From the NCBI GenBank assembly GCA_052327205.1, contig CM126205.1:241800001-241864000 (forward strand): DNA of 64,000 nt. The letters run 5' to 3'. The notes beneath the pieces are model-generated. The model was given only the letters and a program-made list of their open reading frames with translations, made no database searches and was not told where the DNA came from. The DNA is from Somniosus microcephalus (lineage: Eukaryota). How positions within the stretch are numbered: position 1 is the stretch's first letter; every line of letters starts with the position of its first letter. Of the stretch, positions 40,501 to 52,500 are shown in pieces. The translations under genes were made by a program, and so were the position numbers.

Positions 40501-43500
40501 GGATATGTTGAACACTCTTTGTTCCAGTCCTACTCGGGTCCCCTCCCTCACCTCTTCTTCCGGTACATTGATGACTGTATCGGTGCTGTTTCCTGCTCTC
40601 GCCCTGAACTAGACAATTTCATTCACTTTGCCTCCAATTTCCACCCTTCCCTCACCTTCACATGGTCCATCTCCAACTCTTCCCTTCCCTTCCTTGACTT
40701 CTCCGTCTCTATCTCTGGGGATAGGTTATTGACCAACATTCACTACAAGCCCACTGGCTCCCACAGCTACCTGGACTACACTTCCTCCCACCCCGCCTCC
40801 TGTAAGGACTCTATTCCATTCTCCCAGTTTCTCCGTCTCCGCCCCATCTGCTCCGACGATGCCACCTTCCACACCAGTGCTTCCGACATGTCTTCCTTTT
40901 TCCGCAACCGAGGATTCCCCTCTACTGTGGTTGACACAGCCCTCGACCGTGTCCATTCTATCTCCCGCACTTTTGCCCTCACCCCTGCCCCTCCCTCCCG
41001 GAACCACGATAGGGTTCCCCTTGTCCTCACCTTTCACCCCACCAGCCTCCACATTCAACAGATCATCCTCCGCCATTTCCGCCACCTCCAAAGCGATCAC
41101 ACCACCAAACGCATCTTCCCCTCCCCTCCCCTCCCCTTTCAGCATTCCGTAGGGACCGTTCCCTCTGAGACACCCTAGTCCACTCCTCTATCACACCCAG
41201 CACCCCTTCCCCTTCGCCTGGCACCTTCCCGTGCAAGCGCAGGAGATGCAACACCTGCCCTTATACCTCCCCCCTTCCTACTGTCCAGGGCCCCAAACAC
41301 CCCTTCCAGGTGAAACAGTGATTTACTTGTACTTCTTGCAATCTAGTACACTGTATTCGCTGCTCACGATGTGGTCTCCTCTACATTGGGGAGACCAAAC
41401 GCAGATTGGGTGACTGCTTTGCGGAACACCTCCGTTCGGTCCATAAGGGGGACCCCGAGCTTCCGGTCGCCTGTCACTTTAATTCACCGCCCCATTCCCA
41501 CTCAGACCTCACCGTACTCGGGCTCTTGCATTATTCCAATGAAGCTCAACGTAAACTCGAGGAACAGCACCTCATCTTCTGATTAGGCACTTTACAGCCT
41601 TCCAGACTCAACATTGAGTTCAACAATTTCAGATCATAACCTCGGCCCCCATTACACTTTTGCTTATATTTTATCCACATCTTTGTTTTGGCCCTTTCCC
41701 CCCCCACCTTTTTTTTTCTCTCCCACATGGCAGCTGTCTCTCATTCTGCCAGAACATTTCACACCTAATCTAGAGCCGTCTTTTGTCTCCACTAGTCCTA
41801 TCATCATCTCGTCTCGTTTTGAATACCTCTTAATGTCTCTTCACTTCTTTTGTTCTCTCCCAGCCCTGCCTTTCGATCTATTTCATTTCCTTTCCAGTTT
41901 TGAAAAAGGGTTAGACCCGAAACGTCGACTCAGTTTTCTCTCCACGGATGTTGCCTGGCCTGCTGAGTTTTTCCAGCATTTTCTGTTGTTAATACAGGAA
42001 AATGATGTTGTAGAGCTGGAAATGTATCCTACTGCTTCATTTCCATGACAACGCTTGGCCAGCACCTATTGTAGGCACAGGCCTTATTCTACTCTTCAGG
42101 CGAAGCACCAGAAATCCCAGGGCAGTGAAAGGGCAGAAATCTGATATCATAGGTTTCTGCCTGCACCCCCCATTTTCCTGACATTTATACATGGGAAATA
42201 GTGCCGACGTCAAGAAAATTGAATCTATAGTGTTCAGTTTTGGCTAACGTGTTTGCCTTTTATGGTGTTTCATCATAGGTTAAAGACAAAGAAATTAGAG
42301 GCACAAAGTTTGTTGTACCAGGACTGAAGGAAGGAAGTTTGTACAGATTTAGAGTAAGGGCAGTAAATGCTGCTGGAGTTGGTGATCCAGGAGAGGTTTC
42401 TGATGCCATTGAAGTCAAGGATAGAATAGGTAAAAAAGTGAAGACCTTTGTTGCATTTCTTCAGTATTACTATGGCAATGGAAAATATCTGACATAATTG
42501 TTTTTTATTCTAGTCATTCCCGACATTAACTTGGATGCTAGCATGAGAGACAGAATTGTAGTACATGCTGGTGGTGTGATTCGTATCTTGGCATATGTAT
42601 CAGGTAAACCACCTCCAGAGATCACATGGAAAAAAGATGATAACCCACTACCAGAAGAAGCTACAATTGAAACTACAGTTATCAGCTCTGGTCTTGTTAT
42701 TAAGAAATGTCAGAGAAAGCATCAAGGGGTGTACAATCTTATTGCTAAGAATGCAGGAGGCGAAAGAAGAAAGACTGTTATTGTTGATGTTTTAGGTAAA
42801 TATCTTTACTTTCTGATTTTGCACAATGCAGTCAATTTTTCTGAAGTATTTAAGTAAAATTAATAATTTTTCAATTACAGATGTTCCTGGGCCAGTTGGC
42901 GAACCTTTCCGCTGTGAAAACCTAACGAATGATTCTTGCAAATTAGTCTGGTTCCTTCCAGATGATGATGGTGGCTCTGCTGTTACCAACTATATCATTG
43001 AAAAGCGTGAAGCTGACCGTCGAGGCTGGTCACCTGTCACATGCACAGTTACCAGACAGAATGCTGTCGTTCAGGGTCTGATTCAAGGAAGTCCTTATTT
43101 CTTTAGAATTGCAGCTGAAAATATCATAGGCATGGGCCCATGGGTGCAGACAACACATGAAACTATAGTTAAAGAACCAATATGTAAGTAATGGTTCTAG
43201 TTGCATGTTTATCTTTACATATTAAACAAATAAATTTTAACCACTGAATACATTAAACTTAATACATTTTTCGAACTTGCAGCTGTCCCTGAACGCCCTG
43301 AAGAGCTTGAAGTAACAGCAGTCACAAAGCAATCAGTTAGCGTGAAATGGAACCCTCCTAAATACGATGGTGGCTCGGAGATTACGATGTACATTCTTGA
43401 GTGCCGTCTTATTGGCAAAGATAAGTTCACCAAAGTTACTAAAGAGAAATTGTTAGATCGGATTTCTACACATAGTGGCTTAAAGGAAGGTGACACTTAT

Positions 43501-46500
43501 GAGTATCGTGTCAGTGCAGTGAATGCTGTTGGCCAAGGGAAACCATCATTCTGTACAAAACCAATAACGTGCAAAGATCAACTTGGTAAGACTTCTTACA
43601 AAAATGTTTTAAGAAATATCACTTTTTTTTCCCAGAAAGGCAATAACAGTGTCATATTATCTTTAGAACCTCCAACACTTGAGCTGGATTTCCGCGACAA
43701 GTTTGTTGTGCGTGCTGGTGAAAGTTTCAGCCTGACGGGAAAATATAAAGGGAAACCTGCACCAAAACTTTCTTGGTTTAAGGATGATGTTGCAGTTGAA
43801 GAAACTGATCGCCTAAAAATAAACACTACTCCATCAAAACTTTGTCTGGGAATTCTGAAAGGTATTCGTAATGACTCGGGTAAATACTGTGTAGTTGTGG
43901 AGAACAGCACAGGAGTACGAAAAGGTCTCTGTCAAGTGACCGTTGTTGGTAAGTTAGTTATTTTCTTAACCTTTTCAGTTTAAAATCTTGTAATATTGAG
44001 CTAGAAAACAGGATTGAAACAAAACGTTACTTTTGTCAGATCGTCCACAACCTCCAGTTGGCCCAGTTGTGTTCCATGAAGTTCACAGAGATCACATGGT
44101 TATTTCCTGGAACCCGCCACTTGATGACGGAGGCAGTATGATCACTAATTATATTGTTGAAAAGAGAGACACAAACCGAGAACTCTGGATGCCAGTTACT
44201 TCTTCAACTACTAACACAACTTGCAAGGTTCCAAAATTAATTGAAGGAAGAGAGTATATTATCCGTATCTATGCCGAAAACATGTATGGAATCAGTGATC
44301 CATTGCTTTCAGAAGAAGTTAAAGCCAAAGATCGTTATAGTAAGTGTTGGACTTCATAATTTTCTAGTCAGTATATTAAGCAGGAGACAAAAGAAACAAG
44401 CAAATACTCAAAACAGCAAATTAAAAATCTTGCATTTTCTCTTAACTAGTTTCACCTAAAGTAAGACAACATTCTGATTTTGTATTAAGTATTATATTAA
44501 ATATTTAACTTTTTAAATATTAAAAATATCACTAGTTATAAGTGTTGTGCACAACAAACATGTTCTGTCTCATGTTTTATCAACATGTTTGCAATGTATT
44601 AATAGTGGGTATGTGTCAGGGAGAAATCTTTGTTTTTTTTGTTTATTCAATTTTTATTGTTTTCTCTAAAGGGGTTCCTGAAGCACCAGAACAACCAGTT
44701 ATAAAGAATATTACGAAGGATTCTGTTGTGGTGGTTTGGAATAGACCACGTGATGGCGGCAAGCCTATCACTAAATATATTGTGGAAAAGAAAGAAACCA
44801 TGTCCAAACGCTGGTTAAGAGTATCCAAGGAGCCAATTTACCCAGACACTCAGTTCAAAGTAACTGATCTCCTTGAAGGCTGTGAATATGAATTCCGTGT
44901 TTCAGCAGAAAATGAAATAGGAGTTGGTGATCCTAGTCCGCCATCGAAGCCCATCTTTGCAAAGGATCCAGTTGGTATATAAAACTTATATTCAATTTTT
45001 CTTTCCTTAGAAATAGTACTTTATGATGTATTTGTCAGATTTATGATGACCATATTTTTAACTGTTTTTATTCAGTCAAACCAAGCCCACCTATTAATCC
45101 TGAAGCAGTGGACAAAACTAAATCTACTGTTGATTTGTCTTGGCTGCCTCCGCGCCATGATGGAAGAGGCAAAATAATAGGTTATTTAGTGGAGTACCAG
45201 AAAGTTGGTGACGAAGAGTGGAAGAAAGCTAATCACACACCGGATTCCTGCCCTGACACTCATTTGAAGGTGACGGGTCTTACTGAAGGTGATACATACA
45301 AATTCCGGGTTATGGCAGTCAATCAAGCTGGCGAATCAGATCCGGCTTACGTCCGTGATCCAGTTCAAGCAAAAGACAGGCTTGGTGAGTGTTTTATAGG
45401 AATACCATGTGGATCATTCCACGTTGAAAAGTTTTGCTATTATTCCTATTCTGTGTGGTTGATTCTGTTTACTCAAAACCTTTTTATTCCCGTTACAGAG
45501 GCTCCTGAATTGTTTGTGGACGCTAACATGGCTCGACATATAAATCTAAAAGCGGGAACTACTTTAAACCTCAGTGCAACTATAAAGGGAATGCCATTTC
45601 CAAAGGTCACATGGCAAAAGAATGACAAGGAAGTACCAATGAAAGCTGATATTGAAATTACTCCAGTTAGCAGCAAGCTTGAAATCCGTAATGCCGTTAG
45701 AGGTGACAGTGGATGTTATTCACTGACTGTTGAAAATGAAGCTGGAAGCAAGAGTGCTGTGTGTACAGTTGCTGTATTAGGTAATATGGCTGGCGCATAA
45801 GGATTGTAGGAACAATCTGTGTTTTTAACTGAATCTTGATCTACTTGCCTTTTTTCCAGTAATTACAATATTAAGAATATGTTACTTATTTTCAGATAAA
45901 CCTGGTCCACCGCGTAACTTGAATATTAGTGAAGTTAGAAAGGATTCCTGCTATCTGACATGGAAGGAACCAGAAGACAATGGCGGTGCTGTCATCTCTA
46001 ACTATATAATTGAGAAACGAGATGTTGCAGCCCCTAAGTGGATCCCTGTCTCATCCACAACCAAAAAGCACAGCATTATGGCTAGGTACTTAATGGAAGG
46101 CACCCAGTATTTGTTCCGTGTGGCTGCTGAAAATCAATACGGTAGAAGTAGCTTTACTGAATCAACAAAACCGATAAAGGCATTTGATCCAATATGTAAG
46201 TTCTTACTCGCTAAAATTAATAATTTCACTTATTTAAGCTCACACGTTTGTACCCACAAAGCCTAAATTATCATGTTATTAACTTATTTTTATAGCTCCC
46301 CCTGGCCCTGTTAAGAACTTACACCATGTTGATGTAGACAAGACAGAGGTGTCTCTTCTTTGGAATTACCCAGATCGTGATGGAGGTTCTGAAATCACAG
46401 GATTTTTAGTTGAATACCAGGAAGAAGGGGCACAAGACTGGATTAAATTCAAAACTGTTAGCATACCAGAATGTGTCGTAACTGGTTTAGAGCAAGGAAA

Positions 46501-49500
46501 GACATACAAGTTCCGTGTTAAAGCTGAAAATGCAGCTGGGCTTGGTCGTCCAGATACAACAGTGCCTATTCTGTGCCAGGAGAAATTAGGTTAGTTATTT
46601 ATATTGACTCATATTATTGCTTTGTGTTTTCCGTTGCTTTCAATCTGTATTTCAGTGACATTTTCATGACATTCATTGGTTCATATATCCTTTTGTTTTA
46701 TAGTGTCGCCCTCGGTGGATATAGATGTAAAGTTGATTGAAGGTCTTGTTGTGAAGGCTGGCAGCACAGTCAGACTTCCTGCTTTGATGAGAGGTATTCC
46801 TCCTCCTTCAGTGAAGTGGGTCACTGACACTACTGAACTTAAATCAGAAGGCAATTACAAAATTGATACTGACAACTACTCAACGGTGCTTACTATTAAG
46901 GATTGTACCAGAAAACATACTGGTGAATATATCCTTACTGTTTCCAATTCAGCTGGTAGCAAGACAGTGGCTCTACACTTAACAGTCCTGGATGTTCCTG
47001 GCCCTCCAATTGATCCAATCAATATCCTCGAAGTGACACCACAGCACATGGTTATCTCTTGGCGTCCACCTAAGGATGATGGTGGAAGTCCTGTCATGAA
47101 TTATATTGTTGAGAAACGAGAAACTAAGAAAGAAACCTGGGGTGTTGTTAGTTCTGGAGGCACAAGCACCCAAGCTAAAATTGCACGTCTTCAAAAAGGA
47201 TGTGAATACATTATTCGTGTTCGAGCAGAAAACAAAATTGGCATTGGTGAACCACTAGAGTCTAAACCAACTGTCGCCAAGTACATGTTTGATGTTCCAG
47301 GCCCACCAACTAAACCAACTGTTTGTGATGTCACAGAAAATGCAGTAACAGTTTCTTGGGGCATACCAAAGTATGATGGTGGTAGCCCAGTTATTGGCTA
47401 CACTATGGAACGCAGAGAAACAACTGGTAAATGGATACGGGTGAATAAGACACCAGTATTAGATCTAAAGCTGAGAACTGTTGGACTTTTTGAAGGAAAT
47501 GTGTATGAATTCAGAATATTTGCTGAAAATATTGCTGGTCTGAGTAGCCCATCACCAATCTCTGATGCAGCCTCAGCAATGCGTCCTTTCAGACCACCTG
47601 GACCACCCATCAATCCAAAACTGAAAGACAAGTCTAGAGAAACTGTTGACTTAGTCTGGACAAAGCCCACCAAGGATGGAGGCAGCCCAATTTTAGGATA
47701 TATTGTAGAATGTCAGAAAGCGGGTACTACGATGTGGAATAGAATTAATAAAGATGACTTAATCAAACAATGTGCTTTTAGAGTACCTGGTCTAATTGAA
47801 GGCAATGAATACAGATTCCGTATAAAGGCTGCCAACATTGTTGGTGAAGGTGAGCCGAGAGAACTACCAGAATCTGTAATTACAAAGGACATTCTTCATC
47901 CTCCAGAGCTAGCACTTGATATTGTTTGCCGTGATCTGGTCACAGTTCGTGTGGGACAAACTATCACCATAACTGGGCGTGTTAAAGGCAGACCGGACCC
48001 AGAAATTACATGGTCAAAAGCTGGCAAGGTACTTTCTGCTGACAAATGTATAGAAATGAATAATGACTACCCTGTTATACAGCTCTTGATTAAAGGAGCA
48101 ACCAGAGCTGACCATGGTAAATATAGTATTGTTGCTAAAAATAGTAGTGGACAAGCCCAAGCTGCTGTTACCGTCAACGTCCTTGATAGACCTGGCCCTT
48201 GTAAGAATATCAAGGTAAGCTATGTCACTAAAGATTCCTGTATGCTTTCCTGGGAAAATCCAGAAGATAACGGAGGCTCAGAAATTACTAACTACATAGC
48301 AGAAAACCGTCAACCCAGCCAGAGAGGATGGTCTGTGATCTCATCTGATTTGACTAAACGCGTGGTCAAGGTTCAAATTACAACAAATCAGGAGTACTTC
48401 TTCCGCGTTTGTGCAGAAAACAAAGTTGGACTAGGTCCAACTATTGAAACCAAAACACCAATCTTAGCCATTGATCCTGTTGAAAAGCCTGGAGAACCTG
48501 AAAATCTTCATGTTGCTGATATAGGAAAGACATTTGTTCTGCTTAAATGGAGGAGACCCGATTATGATGGTGGCAGTCCTAACCTGTCATATCATGTTGA
48601 AAGAAGGTTAAAGGACTCAGATGAATGGGAAAGAATACACAAAGGAAGTATTAAAGAGACTAGTTTCATGGTTGACAGATGTATTGAGAACCAGAGCTAT
48701 CAGTTTAGAGTTCAAACTAAGAATGAAGGTGGTGAAAGCAACTGGGTAAAGACAGATTATATTATTGTTAAGCAAGAAATGCAGAAACCAGTCTTGGATC
48801 TAAAGCTAACTGGAATACTAACTGTAAAAGCAGGTGAAACCATCAGAATTGAGGCTACTCTAAGAGGCAAACCTCAACCAGAAGTTGTTTGGGTAAAGGA
48901 CAAAGATGCAATTGATCTTAGCAGATCACCTCGAGCTAAGATTGAAACAACTGCTGATGCATCCAGATTTACCGTAACTAAAGCTAAACGTGAAAACAGT
49001 GGCAAATATATAATCACTGCAACTAATCCAGCTGGTAGCTTTACAGCTTATGCTACCGTGAATGTTTTGGACGTACCAAGTGAAGTGAGAAGCCTAAAGG
49101 TCTCTGGCATTGCAAGTGATAGGTGTAGAGTCAGCTGGGACCCACCAGCGGATGATGGTGGTTGTGAAATTCAAAACTATATTCTGGAGAAATGTGAAAG
49201 TAAGCGAATGGTCTGGTCCGTATATTCCACTTCTATAATTTCTGATTATGCAGATGTCACTCGTCTTATTGAAGGAAATGAATATATCTTCAGGGTACGT
49301 GCAGAAAACAAAATAGGTACAGGTCCACCAACAGAAACTAAGCCAATTGTAGCCAAGACACAGTTTAATAGACCTGGCCCTCCAGATGCACCAGAGATCA
49401 CTAAAGTTAGCAAGGAAGAAATGACTATTGTATGGAATGCACCAGAAGATGATGGTGGAAGATCAATCACAGGATATATATTGGAGAAGAAAGAGAAAAG

Positions 49501-52500
49501 ATCTGCTAGATGGGTAGCAGTCACCAAGAGTCCAATCCCAGAGAGACGTATGAAGGTTACAAATCTGATTCCTGGATATGAATACCAGTTTCGTGTCAAA
49601 GCTGAAAATGAAGTTGGATTAGGAGACCCAAGTGCACCTTCAAGACCAGTATTAGCAAAGGATCCTATGGGTATTTATTTTTTTTTACATTTTGTGAATT
49701 TTCTAAACAGGAATATTTTGGTTCCTTTTTCACTCTTTAAATTTGCTGTCACTCACACCACATTCTCCTAATTCATTTCCTATTTTTTCTGTGCGCAGAA
49801 CCTCCTGGTCCTCCAAGTGGTCTAAAGGTGATTGATAGTACAAAGACCTCCATTTCGCTTGGCTGGACAAAGCCAGTGTATGACGGTGGTTCTCCCATCA
49901 CTGGTTATGTTGTTGAAATGAGATCAAAAGGTGTCAGCGAATCTCCTGAAGAAGGATGGAAGAAATGTAGTGTTGCAGCTCAGCTTGTTCATACTCAATG
50001 TACTATGACCAGCCTCAATGAGAAAGAAGAATATGAATTTAGGGTTTCTGCACAGAACCAGGTTGGAATTGGTTACCCTGCTGAACTAAAAGAAGCAGTA
50101 TCTCCAAAGGAGGTGTTAGGTATGTACTGCATTTTGCCTTTTTTCCCTTTGTGATGTAAGTACAAAATTTTGTTTATGTGATAATATTTCTTTACAGCAA
50201 AATAATTTCACACACAAAATGGATCTTTTTCAGAACAACCAGAGATTGACTTAGATGCAAGCCTGAGAAAGCTTGTAACCGTCAGAGCCGGATGTCCTAT
50301 CAGGTTATTTGCCACTATCAGAGGCCGACCCGCACCTAAAGTTACCTGGAGGAGAATGGGAATAGACAACGTTGTCAGAAGGGGTCAAGTAGACTTAATT
50401 GACACAATGGCTTTCCTCGTCATTCCTGATAGTACTCGTGATGATTCTGGCAAATATTCACTGACACTTGTAAACGCAGCAGGCGAAAAGGCAGTGTTTG
50501 TGAATGTTAAAGTTCTGGGTGAGTAGTATTCATTTTTTTTTGTTCTAGATGTTTCCTGATCTGAATTGATCATGGGGGAGGAATTTCTGAAGTGTGTTCA
50601 GGAGAACTTTCTTGATCAGTATGTTTCCTGCCCAACGAGGAAAGAGGCAGTGCTGGATCTAGTCCTGGGGAATGCAGTGGGTCAAGTGGAGAATGTCACA
50701 GTGGGGGAGCATCTCAGGAATAGTGATCATAGTATCATAAGGTTTAGATTATGGAGAAGGATAAGAAGCAATCTAGAATAAAAATACTTAACTGGAGGAG
50801 GTCTAATTTTAGCGAATTGAGGAAAGATCTGGCTCGGGTAAATTGGAGTCAAAGACTGGCAGGCAGAAATGTAATGGAGAAATGGGCGGCCTTTAAAGAG
50901 GACATAATTTGGGTACAGGTCAAGGGGGAAATGGAGGGCAACCAAAGACAGGGCTCCCTGGATGATGAAGGAGTTAGAGAGTAGGATGAAGCAGAAAAAG
51001 GGGGCGTATGACAGATGTCAGCTTGATAATAAAAGGGAGAATCAGGCTGAATATAAAAAGTACAGAGGAGAAGTGAAAAAAGGATATAAGAGGGGCAAAG
51101 AGACAATATGAGAATAGAACAGCTAACATAAAAGGGAATCTAAAGGTCTTCTATGGGATAGTAAAAGGGTTGTCAGAGGAGCGGTGGGGCCGATCAGGGA
51201 CCAAATGGAGATCTATTGGTAGAGGCAGAAGGCATGGTTGAGGTACTGAGTACTTTGCATCGGTCTTTACCAAGGAAGAGGACTTTGCCAAAGCTATGGT
51301 AAATGAGGAGGTTGATGGGATACTGGATGAGATAAAAATAGATAAAGAGGAGATAATAGAAAGGCTGGCAGTACTTAAAGTGGATAAGTCACCCGATCTG
51401 GATGGGATGCATCTTAGGTTGCTGAGGGAAATAGGGGTAGAAATTGCAGAGGTGCTGGCCACAATCTTCCAATTCACCTTAGATACAGGGGTGGTGCCAA
51501 AGGACTGGAGGATTGCAAATGTTACACCCTTGTTCAGAAAAGGAGAGAAGGATAAACCTGGCAATTACAGGCCCGTCAGTTTAATGTCGGTGGTGGGGAA
51601 GCGTTTAAAAACAATAATCCGGGAGAAAATTAACAGCCACTTGGACAAGCATGGACTAATAAAGCAGAGCCAGCACGGATTTGTTATGGGCAAATTGTGT
51701 TTGACTAACTTGATTGAGTTTTTTCATGAGGTAATAGAAAGGGTGGATGAGGGCATTGCAGTTGATGTTGTGTATATAGACCTTAAAAAGGCATTTGATA
51801 AAGGACTACATAATAGGCTTGTTAGCAAAATTGATGTTCAAGGGATAAAGGGGGCAGTAACAACATGGATACAAAATTGGCCAAGGGATAGAAAATAGAG
51901 ATTTATGGTGAATGGCAGTCTTTCGGACTGGAGGGAGGTATAGAGTGGAGTTCCCCAGAGTTCAGTTCTAGGACCACTGCTGTTTTTGATATGCATTAAT
52001 TACTTTGACTTGTACAGGGCACAATTTTGAAATTTGCAGATGACACAAAACTTGGAAGTGTAGTAAACAGTGAGGAAGGTAGTAATAGACTTCAAGAGGG
52101 TGTGGAATGGGTGGACACATGGCAGATGAAATTCAACACAGAAAAGTGTGAGGTGATGCATTTTGGTAGGAAGAATGAGAGACAATACAAGCGAAATAGT
52201 ACAATTTTAAAGGGGATACAAGAACAGAGAGACCTGGGGTGTTTGTGCACAAATCTTTGAAGGTGGCAAGACAGGTTAACAAAGCAATTAATAAAGCGTA
52301 TGGGATCCTGGGCTTTATAAATAGAGGTGCATAGAGTATAAAAGCCAGGGAGTTATGCTAAACCTATATAAAACACTAGTTTGGCCCTAGCTGGAGTATT
52401 GTGTCCAATTCAACTTTAGGGAGGATGTAAAGGCTTTGGAGTGGTACAGAGAAATTTACTAAAATGGTTCCATGGATGAGGGATTACAGTTACGTAGATA

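Larger units (their letters stand above)
38869..42230. mobile_element. degenerate TIR element hosting the Penelope insertion
   Basis: GGGGCTGATTTTC ... GAAAATTGAATC weak TIRs; GC-elevated sequence on both sides of the Penelope TSDs. Confidence 0.35.
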
